Shown here: positions 26,296 through 39,120 of the stretch, piece by piece
Numbering within the stretch: position 1 is the first letter of the stretch
Layout: every line of letters starts with the position of its first letter
Source of the DNA: Basidiobolus meristosporus CBS 931.73
Lineage: Eukaryota; Fungi; Basidiobolomycota
DNA length: 64,000 nt
Reading direction: 5' to 3'
Assembly: GCA_002104905.1 (NCBI GenBank)
Contig: MCFE01000305.1
Location: 35,064-99,063 of the forward strand
Position numbers and translations under genes: made by a program
The notes under the pieces: model-generated
The model's database searches: none
The model's input: only the letters and a program-made list of their open reading frames with translations
What the model was told of the DNA's origin: nothing

Positions 26296-27846
26296 ACCGC
26301 TCAACATCTGAGATAGGTGGACGCGCCAATTTACACCAGAATGGTCGTCTGACCTAACCATTGCCATAAATGGCTGCTCGGTTGACAATTGAAATGCTCC
26401 GTGAACATGATGTCTTTGAGAGACATTATGCTAAGGAAGGGGATTCAGATAGAGCCCCAGGACTTGTCATCGAATGTTATCATTGAACCGCAAGAGGTGG
26501 ATTGGACGGGCCCATATTGGGAAAGATACATTTGGCTAGGCTTGTGTGAGCGTGAGCATGAGCGTGTTAGATGAATGAGCACCAAGGCAGTATGAAATGT
26601 GAGCGAACCCAGGCGTGGTCAAAGCTTTCGACCTGAGACCGAGACGGAATCTTTTATTCCAGGATGAGCGGATTCGGAATGGGCAGCCATGGTAACAAAG
26701 CAACATCGCACGTGCCAGCAAGAATACCCTCTCCCTCGTCAATGTGTTTCGATGATAATCAGGAAAGGGTGGAATCCACTTATCCAGTTCCCACCACAGA
26801 TCACCAATTGGATGCCGAAACTAGGTAACCTCCCTAGCACCTAATGAATGGATCAACCGCTCTCAGGCCCCGACTATTCCAGGATTAAGGAGTGGGGGTG
26901 TGGCACGAATTGCTATGCTAAGCTAAGGCTATTGCTCATCTATGCAGTGGAGTCAGTCCAGATCTGATTAGTTTAGATTGCTTTCAGTCCACACGTAAAG
27001 ATCGGGGAAAATAAGCCTTATGGCCGATCGTTTTGTTCACTTCCTGGGTCTAGCGTCCTCAGTTCCTAGCCACGCACTTAATCAATTTCCTGATCGCAAA
27101 TCCAAGATCCAGTTGTCAGTGTAGCACGATACTGGGACGGGGTCAGCTTATCGGTCCACCAAGAGAGCGGTAGCAAGGAGGCGTGCCTACATAGCCACTT
27201 GCACACTCACAGGTTAACTCGACTGAGCATCGAGAAAACCTTAACATCGATGAAGATTCCTGGCCTGCCTCTGCACATCCAATGGAGCAAATCCCACATC
27301 CCCGCGTTACTCTATTCTGGGAATCCGTTTGGCCGTGCGTTAGGGGCATTGACTTCGAGAGATCTTGACCCCTAGAATGTGGAACGCCCATGTTTCTCAG
27401 ATCCCACGGCGATGTATATTCGTATATGTGTCGGTACACCAAGGGGGAGATGGTCATTCCGGGTGTGGGCTCGCTTAACTATGGGATACGAGGAAACTGG
27501 AAATAACTTGGATTAATCAGCCGAAATCCCTCTGATACTTATTGATGCTCAGATCGAGTGATGCCCTAAGGAATTTCCGATACCCAGCGAGCTTCGTATG
27601 TACTCCTCCACAGACTGAATGATGCGTATGGACCACTCTTTTTCCCACTATAAGAGCAGCATGGTCCTCATTTGACCCCATTCATCGCAGCTTGCCCAGT
27701 TCATTCCTGACCAAATCAGACCACGCCGCTTATTCAAAGCCATATATTACTTGCGATAATTAAGCAAAGACCACCAAAGAAAGAGCCACACTTGTAAATA
27801 CTAGCTAAGGCCACCCGCCCAGTATCCAATTCGTAATCACCGAGCC

Positions 27847-28383
27847 ATGGATCTTCGCTTTATTCTGAACATCGAACACCACGAGCCAATCAAGCGTCTC
27901 CGCGACGATTCCTCCGAATCTGAGACGGGCTCCAATGGGGATGAGGGACAGTTGGTGTGCACCTGGGAGCGATGTGGCAAAGAGTTCGCAAGAAACTCGG
28001 ATATGCTCAGGCACATCCGGGTCCACACTGGGGAACGGCCCTACAGGTGCGAGACCTGCGGGAAAGGGTTTGTGCAGCGCTCGGCCCTTCGTGTCCATAT
28101 CCGCACACACACCGGAGAAAAGCCACACCACTGCATGTACCCAGGATGTGGGAAGATGTTCAGCGATAGCTCGTCTTTCGCCCGCCACAGAAGAACCCAC
28201 ACTGGCGAACGGCCATACGTATGCATGCACCAACACTGTGGCAAGAGCTACACCAGACGCGTGGCTTTACTCAAGCATCAAAAGAAGCACAGCCTGGATG
28301 CACCAATATCGATCAACCTCTTTGAGGCAACCGAACCACGTAGATACCAGAAATCCCATGGCCTGTACCATGAGTGCCGGTAG
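27847..28383 (+). CDS. C2H2 zinc-finger transcription factor, 4 fingers (paralog 1)
   Basis: Four C-x2/4-C...H-x3-H fingers with canonical TGERP/TGEKP linkers. Intronless ORF of 178 aa. Confidence 0.92.
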   Translation: MDLRFILNIEHHEPIKRLRDDSSESETGSNGDEGQLVCTWERCGKEFARNSDMLRHIRVHTGERPYRCETCGKGFVQRSALRVHIRTHTGEKPHHCMYPGCGKMFSDSSSFARHRRTHTGERPYVCMHQHCGKSYTRRVALLKHQKKHSLDAPISINLFEATEPRRYQKSHGLYHECR

Positions 28384-29039
28384 ATTCAGACTCCATGAAA
28401 ATGTGTGTAGATATAGTAGCTAGGCATGTACAAATCACCAGTTTATCTGTCATCAGCCCATTCCATTGTTGGATAGAATGGCAATGGACAAATACACATC
28501 AAGTATTAAACCTAATTTCCAACCCATGCGACGCACAGCGTATATCTATGATGTGGTTTCATATTGAACGATGGTCAGCCCCATTCACGAGTATCGGCGA
28601 TTTAGACACGAGATTATCCAGGGGCTAGCGTGTTGGCACACAAAAACCGCTTCGATCGAGCGGTCATCTGATCGGTCGCACCTAACCAAATCCAACGAGT
28701 AAAGATTGATCTGAGAAACGGCCATGAGACCTGGAAATTCACAACGCATGGGGTACATGGCTACTTGAGGTAGGAAATGCAGGTTTGATATCCCTCAGAC
28801 TGGGCCACATCGGTGTGCACTCAGATCGTGAAATTGCCCTAGTAATCATCGATGATAAGACTGCTCTCCATGTACCCGACTACTGTGTACGCGGATGAGC
28901 CTCCGTTCACTCCACAGTATAAGAACGGATGGGCCATCATCATCCTCAGACCATCTCGTTCACTCACAAGTTTAGTTTTATTTCAATCAGTTTTTTCTTA
29001 GCCAACCTACTCTCACAACTTGCGAACTAACTGCAAACT

Positions 29040-29669
29040 ATGGATCTTCGTTACATTCTCAACATTGAACACCACGAGCCAATCAAGCGTCTCCGCGACG
29101 ATTCCTCCGAATCTGAGACGAGCTCCAATGGGGATGAGGGGCAGTTGGTGTGCACCTGGGAGCGATGTGGCAAAGAGTTCGCAAGAAACTCGGATATGGT
29201 CAGGCACATCCGGGTCCACACTGGGGAACGGCCCTATAGGTGCGAGACCTGCGGGAAAGGGTTTGTGCAGCGTTCGGCCCTTCGTGTTCATATCCGCACA
29301 CACACCGGAGAGAAGCCACACCACTGCATGTACCCAGGATGTGGGAAGATGTTCAGCGATAGCTCGTCTTTCGCCCGCCACAGAAGGACCCACACTGGCG
29401 AACGGCCATACGTATGCATGCACCAACATTGTGGTAAGAGCTACACCAGACGCGTGGCTTTACTCAAGCATCAAAAGAAGCACAGCCTGGACAAAGCATT
29501 GCAATTCTGGTATGTGATTGATCCCGACAAGAAGTACCATCAGATTACTAATACCCAGTCCCTCTCCAGTGCACCAGGTCCCAAATTGGAAAACCCATTG
29601 AGAGCGTACACACAGTCTTATCAGTCTCTACCGTTCCACGTGCCTCATCCATATCACAGGGCCCTTTAG
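29040..29669 (+). CDS. C2H2 zinc-finger transcription factor, 4 fingers (paralog 2)
   Basis: Near-identical to 27847..28383 through ...QKKHSLD, then an unrelated tail. 209 aa. Confidence 0.92.
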   Translation: MDLRYILNIEHHEPIKRLRDDSSESETSSNGDEGQLVCTWERCGKEFARNSDMVRHIRVHTGERPYRCETCGKGFVQRSALRVHIRTHTGEKPHHCMYPGCGKMFSDSSSFARHRRTHTGERPYVCMHQHCGKSYTRRVALLKHQKKHSLDKALQFWYVIDPDKKYHQITNTQSLSSAPGPKLENPLRAYTQSYQSLPFHVPHPYHRAL

Positions 29670-30141
29670 TTAGTTTAGGTTAATGTAATTAGTAATAATG
29701 TAATGTGTATCATCATGTATATAGAACCAGAATAATAAATTGAGACCATGTTGCATGCAACACATTCACGAGGCACCTACATATTTTATCAGCTGGCTCT
29801 CATTCGACCCAACATTAATACAGCCGGAACTTTCTTGGCACCAAATCATCATCATCACCACCACCACCACCAGGCCGAATTAAACCAGTTGACAAAGTTG
29901 GATTAAATCTAAACCAGATCCCTGGTAGGACTTTTGGAGAATAAACAAACACACACGCACACCATCGAAATTTTGTCCGATGATCTATCAGCCAGACTTT
30001 TTTCCTGGATCTTGATCCTTCACGTAACCCATCCTTTTTCCCGTATTTTGGACCACCCGTTTTCTTTCATCCCGGGTGTCTCAATACTTCGCCAAGTCGG
30101 TCGGTTTTCATAGCGTGTCAGGCCCCCCCCACCAGTAACAG

Positions 30142-30947
30142 ATGGCTGAATTCGAAGCAGAAATTAAAGGTACCTTCCCTACGCTGGCACCCTCGTGTTT
30201 GCCAGTGCTAACCTCTGTTGTTCCCCTTTGTCGGTAGAGATCCTCGCCCAGTCGGACATCAACACAGTAAGTGCCAAAAAGGTTCGTACTGCTCTTGAAG
30301 AGCGTCACGGGATCAGCTTGAAGGAGCGTAAACAGGAGATCGACAAGCTGATTTTGAAATGTTTCGACGCACTGCAAGAGGAGGATGTTGAGGAGGAGGA
30401 ACTCTCCACCGGAACCCCCAAAAAACGCGTCAAGAAGAGCAGTGGAGATGAATCCCTCTCCGAGGTGGAGGACACTCCTAAAAAGAAGCCTCGTAAGACC
30501 CCCACCAAAAAACGCACGAAGAAAGCTGACCCGGAGGAGAAAGAGAAGAAACCTCGTGCAGCCAACCCCAACAGTGGTTTCAACAAACCATACCTTCTTT
30601 CCCCTTTGCTGGCCGAAATCGTGGGTGCTGAAGAGGTATTTGCTTCATACTGCGTGTCGAACGAACTAGCGCTGACATCTCCCTTCCCCCCCATTTTTCT
30701 CCCCTAGTTACCTCGACCTGAAGTCACCAAACGGATATGGCAGTACATCAAAGAAAGAGACCTACAGGATCCACAGGATAAGCGCTATATCGCTTGTGAC
30801 GAGAAACTGAAGGAAGTCTTTGAAACGGACAGAGTCCATATGTTCACCATGAACAAGCTTCTTAGTCAACACTTGAAAGATAAGCCGGTAGAGGCTACAG
30901 CAGAGACTGCAGCAGAGGCTACGGTAGACGCTACACCGAAAGAGTAA
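30142..30947 (+). CDS. DEK-C plus SWIB/MDM2 domain protein (Tri1/Uaf30-like), 3 exons
   Basis: DEK-C-like EILAQSDINTVSAKKVRTALEE, a Lys-rich linker, then SWIB motifs KPYLLSPLLAEIVG and LPRPEVTKRIWQYIKERDLQDP. GT-AG introns lie near 30171-30238 and 30637-30707. Confidence 0.85.
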
Positions 30948-32091
30948 GGGCCGTTGTTGATAGACATACGTAGAATTCCATCATTTACCCCCCCCCTCTC
31001 AACTATCCCCCTCTACCCATCGCCACCCTCTCACACCCCTCGGTCTTTCTCGGTTGTAAATTCCTTCTTTCCCACACGTGTATCTCTTATGGAATAAATG
31101 GCATCTCCTCGAATCGAGGACGCTCGGTAGATTAATTCATTTAGTGGCAATGTGATCGGAGATAAATTGCCTTTAGTCTCCATGTGCACCAGTTATCACA
31201 TATTAGGAACCTCTCGAGCACACGCTTCGGTTAGCCAAGGGTTGCTGCCAAATGAATCATGGCCCATGTGATTATGTAACAAAGCAGCCGGAGAGAGGCC
31301 AATCAAACCGAAAATAGAAGGGACTCGTAGCAGAACGTTGTGCCTTACGGGCTCATTGTATTCTTAGCCTTCATGCCCAGGTAGCTGGGACTATTGGTGT
31401 TTGCATACCTGACGGATATGCCAGATGAAACTTTGCTTACTTATTGCTTATTTCTCCTTAACCAATGGTGCGTATACGGTGACCGAATCATGACGCAAAC
31501 TGCAAGACATTCACTGTTTCAAGTGCACTCTAACCCTATAAACCCTACACTCAACACACCGCTCTGTCCCTGACCCTGACCCTGACCATGGCTCCCTCAC
31601 CCTGGGCATTTCCCCCAGCCCTAACCCTAGAAGTTTCCCTTTCATTTATGCTACTGTTTCACCCAGCATGGTACATTTCTCCGGTTGATGTGGGGCGAAT
31701 TTCGAGTAATAAACGAGCACATGGTGGGCCTGGTATATGCCCAATTATATCATCAGAATCTGCTTGATCTTCGCGTGTTTAATGATCGACACCCCGTCTA
31801 TATAAGTGATTCAGACATCTGCACCCACACCCCATCCCACCCTCTCTTACACCAACAAATCGCAGTCCCACAACAAGGCAATTCCGAGCCAAGTCACGTA
31901 AAGAACCCTTTCCGCCCCGCTACGTATCCGCCATACTCGCCTTCTGTTCAGTTTCATGGACAGCTGACCCACTTTCTGCCAAGTAATCGATTGCCTACTT
32001 CTACTGGCCCAATAACCCCAACACCTACCCTACCTAACCGCCCACAAAACACACACATACACCCTCGGACGCCCACCGACACCTAGACGCC

Positions 32092-33618
32092 ATGATCCCT
32101 ACACCAAGCCTAAAAGCTCTACCCAAAGACGTGATCTTGAAGTTGGCGTGCAGCAAAGCCACTCCGCTATCGGTAAGGGTTTTCTCGTAAGCGTGGGCTC
32201 AGCCAACTCGAGTGCTAACCTATATCTCCACGCGTAACAGCTCAAGCAGATCTTCACAATCGGAAAGTAGGTTCACCCCAGAAAGGATGGTTAGCTTCGT
32301 GCGACTCACCCACCCTCCACTCACTTTAGGCATGTACTGGAGCATAAGGATAGAAAGGCCCTGCTGATCCCCGCCCAGTTCCTTCATTCGGAGCTCCCCA
32401 TTCGTTTGAGCCAGAGCGTCAAGATGATCAACTCGGAGATGCCGTGTGGTATGGGTGCGCTACCCTCATTCAGAAGGATCAGCAACCGGATCCTGGAAGA
32501 TATCAGGTAGGCACGCCCCGGGGATTGATTTGGGTCGCTGCTAACGCTGGAGCAGTGTATTGACGCAGATGTCGAAGCCCAACACGGTGAAGCAGGAGGA
32601 GGAATTCACGGCGAACCTCCGGATCCTGCTGAAGAGGCATCGTAACAACATCCTCTCCGTTGGCCAGGGGTTCAAAGAGCTGCTGGCGACGACCGGGAAA
32701 CGGACCACCGACTTCTGTGGCGAGGAGTTCCAGAACTTTTTCGACCAGTTCTACACCATGAACCTGGGCACCCGACTACTGATAGGTAAGTTTTCTCCCC
32801 CCCCCACCACCTGCGTTGGAACACGTTGGCTAAGGCGAACCACTTCGATCTAGGGGAGCACCTGAGCTTGCACGACGAGGGACGGAACTTGGTACAACGA
32901 GTGTCGCCGCTCGCAGTGGCGGAGAAAGCCGCGAGAGATGCCAAGTACATTTTCGAGAAGCACTACGCGTATCCCGCGCCAGAGATCAAGATCTCGTCGA
33001 AGAACAAGCGAATCCACACGCTCTACGTGGAGGAGAACCTGCATCGGACGATCTTCGAGGTCCTTAAAAACTCCCTAAAAGCCACCTACGACTTCCACCG
33101 CCAGAAAAACGAGACCTTGCCATCAGTGAAGCTGATCATGGCCGATGGCGAGGAGGACGTTGCGTTCAAGGTGTCTGACCAAGGCGGTGGCATCCCAACC
33201 TCCGAGATCCCGAAGATCTGGAGCTACGTGTGTTCCTCGACTAACGCCTCTCCGGAGATTCAGCTGAGCGAGGACGTGTCCCACTACATGGAGCTACCAC
33301 TCTACGGCTTCGGCCACGGATTGCCATTTGCCAGGCTCACGGCCAGATGTAAAGAGACCTTGATTGATATCTAATGACAACCCCTACTCACCCGTTTCTC
33401 ATGTAGATTTCGGCGGCGATTTGTCGGTGCTGTCCATGGAAGGCTACGGCACGGACACCTATATCCATCTGTATCGGGAGGACGAGTGCCCAGAGAACCT
33501 GCCCAAGGTGACCAAGCTGAGCGAGGAGTTCGAGGCGTTCGTGCACCAACTGGGCTCCCCGACACACTCGACGCTAGAAGATGTTGATCAATATCCTGTA
33601 TCCAAGGCAATCGTCTGA
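32092..33618 (+). CDS. Alpha-ketoacid dehydrogenase kinase family (PDK/BCKDK-like), multi-exon
   Basis: AQFLHSELPIRL, FFDQFYTMNLGTRLLIG, FEVLKNSLKAT (N box), KVSDQGGGIP (G1) and GFGHGLPFARL...FGGDLSVLSMEGYGTD. Confidence 0.85.
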
Positions 33619-33720
33619 GCGGGACGGCTCATTAGAATTAATAAAGACATTTATTTTACAAGGAAGCCGTTAATGTACATCTAAAATGCGGTGGATGAGA
33701 TGAATGTCTACATGTATATA

Positions 33721-34494
33721 CTAGCAAGTGGCGGTGGATGAGGAGAATCCGCGACTTTGCATCGGACCATCGATTCCTTTGGTCACCTTGTCGACTAGGA
33801 AGCCAGGTGCCTGGGGGATCCCACGCCTGGCCCAACTCCTCGTTACCTTGCCGTCCATGATTCTAACGAACTCTAGCCAATCAGCCTTCGTGACACACAG
33901 CTTGTAGCCCAGCAGGCCCAGCAGCTCGCGCTCCATCTGATTGATCTCGTTCAAGGAATACACCCCCTCAATCACCTTGTACCATGTCTTATTGTGATAG
34001 GCACCGTCCTGTAGATACTTGTTGGCCAGTACCAATGAAGCCAGAAATAGTCGGTGCCCCGACCCGTAGCCACCTTTGCAGGTGGGTCGGAGCTCCTTGA
34101 GGCGAATCAGGTAAAGGAGTGCTGTAAGCAGGTTCACCAGAGGGAGATTTCCCCTCCGATACACTCTACCAATGAAATCGTCCAGCTTGGGCAGATATTT
34201 GGGTGCGTTGTAAGGAGCCACAACTGAATCATCTCCACATTCGAAGAGGTGGTTAATGGTCTTGTTTAAGATGTTGATCAGATGGGTGAGCAATTGCTCG
34301 TCCAGATCGAAGTCAGGGACGGTGCTGGTGCTGCTGCTGCTGCTGCTGCTACTTGTCCGGCTGATGGCCCGGCTGAACGAGATCCGGATCCGGGATCTAG
34401 GCTTCTCGTGGTCCTTCTCGCCTTTGAGACTGCCACCACGAAAGTACTTCCCAATCACGGTTTGCGCGAAGGAGTTGGATTCGATCATTGTCAA
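33721..34494 (-). CDS. PHO80/Pcl-like cyclin
   Basis: Cyclin-box motifs LLTALLYLIRL, HRLFLASLVLANKYLQD and EINQMERELLGLLGYKLCV. Includes a poly-Ser tract. Confidence 0.9.
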   Translation of the reverse strand: MTMIESNSFAQTVIGKYFRGGSLKGEKDHEKPRSRIRISFSRAISRTSSSSSSSSTSTVPDFDLDEQLLTHLINILNKTINHLFECGDDSVVAPYNAPKYLPKLDDFIGRVYRRGNLPLVNLLTALLYLIRLKELRPTCKGGYGSGHRLFLASLVLANKYLQDGAYHNKTWYKVIEGVYSLNEINQMERELLGLLGYKLCVTKADWLEFVRIMDGKVTRSWARRGIPQAPGFLVDKVTKGIDGPMQSRGFSSSTATC

Positions 34495-34832
34495 GGATTA
34501 ACGGAATTGGTCGCGGTTAGGATTAAGGTGGTTATGTACAAGGGATGTGTGGTGGAGAAGGCGAGGCCGACATTATATAGTGTCCCAGAGGGATAATCGA
34601 CCTGGTGGACGAAATCAGGCGACAAGACAATCATGGATTTTAACTTCCTCCACAGGATGTTTCCCGTTGCATTGTGGTTTTGTTTGACCGATCAATCAAT
34701 TTAAGCGCTGGAGTTGTGCTTTGTTATGTTGACATTGTAGGTGTGCTTATTGTCTTGCCTAACAAATGCCGTGATTATCTTGGTTTATTTGTTTCTGTTG
34801 CTATATCACCTTCGCGGGGTAGGTTTCTATTG

Positions 34833-37800
34833 CTATATCACCTTCACGGGGTAGGACAGATCAGGCCCGGTGTACCAGCTCTCACCATGTTTGTCTGTGA
34901 TGGCGCACTGGATGTTCACGTAAAAGATGCTCTTTCCGCTTTCCAAACTGGGAACGGGGATTGCCGTGCTACAAGTGAAATAGGACCCTGAAACCTGGAC
35001 ATGGTGCATCATACGTGAATGCCCACCTTTCTGGCTAGGCTTGCTCTGCATGGATGGCATTAGTCTGGCAACAAGGAATGAAAGTGGTGCATGCTACATA
35101 CATCGGAATCATTGCATGCCGTGGCTTGCAAGGACATCGCCATTTTCTGCTCGAAGTGATCTTTGCCAAAATCAATCTCCTGCTGTGAGGTGAACACGGT
35201 GATCAGTATGCTGCTAACGGTGCGGTTCAATCTCTCCTCTGCATCGATCAATGGGGGGTCAGTTCGGTAACGCACTACACTGATGTTGCTACTGATTGCC
35301 GCCAAACCTAGTCCCTTCTCGACGTTCGTGAAGCCTTCGATATCCAGTATCAACATGTTGCCCTTTTTGATCATGTACGGGTCGTTGGAGTTCAACGACG
35401 GCGTCGTGCTCATCTAGGAAATCCATCAGCATAAGCGCCACCAGGCCTGCTTGGTTAGGAACCTCTACCTGAATCTCGATTAGACTCTTGCTTCTAAAGA
35501 AATATGCCGGCAATGGCATGGGCGTGTTCAGCAGCACCAACAGGCATTCGAGGGTGGTTTTGGTGTCCTATCGAGTGCATCAGATGCTATCCATTGCAGA
35601 TGAGATTGCCATTGCTTACAAGTTCGTCGTCTCCCCCGCTCTCTATAAGGTTAGGGTGGGACTTGGATAGTGCTTGAACGCAAGATTTGAACAGGTGCTT
35701 TGCTGAGAAGAACTGAGTCTCCACTCTTTCAGGCTGTCGAATCTGATTAATCAAAGGGATTAACCGCGCCTCTAGTTCGATATCTCTACAAGCGCATCGT
35801 TAGTAGACGGCACTCGCCATTGAAATCACCGCGAGATACCTCGAGTTCCCAGTCAGTTTGCTAAGGCAGAGGGACAGGATAGCACAGCATATGCAATACG
35901 TAAGCCATCAGCTTGTTAAGGGTTCAAAGAGGTACGGGTGGTGAATGGAGGACTAAAGCCAGATAGAAAAGGATATAATTCTAAGATAGAGAGGCTTTCC
36001 GAATCAATATCGAAAAAGCAATGCGCTAAGAACTGATAGGAATGCGACAACTGCTTCATTGTCGCGGCCATTTGGACAAGCTGGCAGGGATAGATGTTTA
36101 GTCCGGTAGCTGCGAGTGGCATCAATGAAAATCGCCTTACGTTTCGTTTGTACAGTGGGTCGTCAGGGTTCTGCTGCAGAAGCTCCAGATACACCATGAT
36201 GTCTTCCGCCCACTCCAAGAAGGTAAGCCGGACATGGATGACCCACATTTGGAAGCTATGTGTGTTGTCGATGGAATTCAAAGCCTTTGTAAAGGTCCCT
36301 TAGCCGCTGCAATAGCCATCGTAAGCATTGGAACAGTCAATACCTTCAAGTTGGACTGGCTTTTGTACAGCCAATTCAACATCTCCGGTAGGTCGGAGCG
36401 TTCTTGGATAGCATGGCATTTACATTCAGCCGTAGCGATGTAATATAGTGACTCAAGCCATAGTCGCGAGCTTTCGCTCTCAACCTTGGAGAACTCTTTA
36501 GAAGGGCAGCTGGGATACTGAAAGACTTCCGCGACATACCTTTGAAACAAGAAACTGACAGAGTTCAGAGACCCCTTCGAAGGATCCGTTTTTGGCCGCT
36601 TCTTTTGCTATCAGGTAGAGAACCCATGATATCTCCGGGTGATTGGGAGATTCCTTCTCGTAGTTGATGCACATGTGAACAAAGGTGGGTAGCTGGGCGG
36701 TGATAAGATTGTAATCTACTCCGCCCCCGGCCTGGATCAGAGTCTTCGACAAAAGCAACTTCGAAGAGGCAAAATCAATGGGGCGCCGAAGCAGAAACAG
36801 GTGAACGATGATCACTTACGAACTTGTGTGGACATTCACGCACTTGGGAGGAGGCTTCCAACAGAGAGAAGATCTGATCATATCGATTGAGGATGTTTTG
36901 AGGGAAGTTCGCAGCAAGCGTACTAAGGCTGCCTTGGCAGAGTCTTAGCAGGTTCTCTGTTGGCAATTGATGATCGATTGAGTACACGAAGAAAAGAAAG
37001 GCTGGTCTGGTTCGTACCATTGGCTTCAGGGATCACATTGACTAGCGTGTCAATGACCTTCTCGACAAATTCCGGCTTCGATTGGATTAGATCGGACAAA
37101 CACTTGAATAGCATCTGAATCTTTTTGGTCTGTAATGGATGAGTAGGCCTCGTGGCTGACATCACATTGCTATAACACTGACCGATCTTGTACTTTCATC
37201 TTCTGCTTGTGAGAACTCTCTAAGGAGCGCGCATAGCGAGGTGATGGCCTTGGAAATGAGTGTGTGATCTGCCGAGGTGTTATCGAAAAGCTGGGATTCT
37301 TCTAAAGGCTGCGGTGCGTACATACCCTCGTCGGTCTCCATACTTGGGTGGTTGCTGGGCTCCTTCGCCACCAGGACCGAAATGATCTGGGCAGCACGAA
37401 GCCTTAACTCGTCGCTGCGGTGATCAAGAAAGGTCCCCACGAAGCTTCTCATCAAAGAGATGGACTCGGGTACGATGGCGTAGCGGCTCTCGGTCGACTC
37501 GATCTGGAAGATGGTGAGATAGGTCTTCTGAAGATGCTCATCATCGGTGTTCCTTGCTAGGTCGACCAGTCTCTACAAACACCGAGTTAATGTGGCGCAT
37601 TTGACGACTACTCAGCCGAAACCCCACCTCAATGTGCTGGCGTGTGGGTCTCCAGTTGTTTTTCATCAAATGGATGATCTCGTGCAACGCATAGCGTTTG
37701 AGGATTCTTCGCGGATTGTTGGTCACGTAATCAAAGAGCATGTCCACCTTAACTCATACTGTAAGCGAAACTCACTGCGCTACTCGTCTAGATCTCTACT

Positions 37801-38884
37801 TACGTGAGCCTCCAGATAAAGAGGGGCCTTGATGGCAAGGTTGGACAATGTTTGCAACAGAACCGATATCAGCTTAGGCTCAGTGTGCTGGTTTAGCATG
37901 GCTTCGCATGTGCTCCTTGTCTGGTGTTGCAGCGTGTTGTAAGATGATATGAACTATAAGCCTAACGATTGCCGCACTACTAACTTGAATCACAAGATCG
38001 TTGCTATGGTGCATGTGCCGGAGCACGCGTAAAATGTGAATCTTGATGTTGAGCGGCTTTCTTGAGTCTGTTGGGGGACGAGATGGTCGTTAAGATTGAT
38101 ACCGGCATTGCGTCCGCCCTGACCTACCTTGCAGAAGAATGGCCAGCTTGTTGCTCACTAATTTCGGGAAGGTTTTCGAGACCGCGCAAAATCGATCCGA
38201 GGCAAAGATTGCCGCCTCCAATTCCATGCGATCCTCGGAATTTAAACACTCCAGTATCCTGTTGGATATCCGCCGTTAGCAACGAACAGGATTCTTCTTT
38301 GAACGCGTCCAGCATACTTTACCCGTGCTGCACGTCTAGGCGCTCGCTTGCAATGGAGTGGATAGAGCCCAAAACACTAAATGCCAAGTCCATGAGAAAC
38401 TTGGCGACTTGTTGAATTGCCTGACAATCGATGCGTACCGTACAGTGAGAGAGCGTGCCACTGGATCGTTACTCTGAAGCACCGGGAGAAACCGTCGGAT
38501 AAGCTCAACCACATTCAGGATTTTCTTGTGGTGGTGTTCGCTCTTTCTAAACACTTTCACTATGAAGAAACGGACGCTGTTGTGGCTATCGTCAAGGGAT
38601 GGGCAGCCGAAAGATTAGCAATGTGGGCAACATCGAGCATACACCCAACCATCCCACCTATTTCTGAAAAAATCGGCCAGCTTCAGCACTCCAGAGTTGA
38701 TGATAACCGGGAAAGGATGCTCGTCGAATAGTTGTGGAAAGAGCGAGATAGCCTGCAGCTGAGTACCTAGGCGTTGTGAGCGAAACTTCGAATCCAAATC
38801 GATCAACTTTTTGAATGCCTGGTCCGCCGAATCTTGGTGGGTGGAGGCTTTCACCTGGCCCTGATTCAAGGAGTTTTGAAGCAT
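34833..38884 (-). CDS. INTS7: Integrator complex subunit 7 homolog (multi-exon)
   Basis: The N-terminus LIDLDSKFRSQRLGTQLQAISLFPQLFDEHPFPVIINSGVLKLADFFR and KILNVVELIRRFLPVLQSNDPVARSLTVR match the recognisable INTS7 N-terminus. Internal HEAT-like ORF fragments and C-terminal PAYFF / LILDIEG segments follow. Exon boundaries are not fully resolved. Confidence 0.85.
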
Positions 38885-39120
38885 GCGAGAGAGGGTTTCT
38901 AGTCGTCAAGGCGTGCGAGATTCGACGGTCGCATCTGCATGCCAGATGGCTGCCGGATGCCATTTAAATATTATGCAAGAAATCCCAAAATTTTGTGTCT
39001 TTCTGGATGTTATGCAATCTAGTTGCTAGAAATCCTGTCTATTTTGTCAATTTATGAACAAGTGACTGCATACCATTTGGTCTCAGTTTTTTTTATCGGC
39101 GACCTGTTCTCCCTTTCAAC

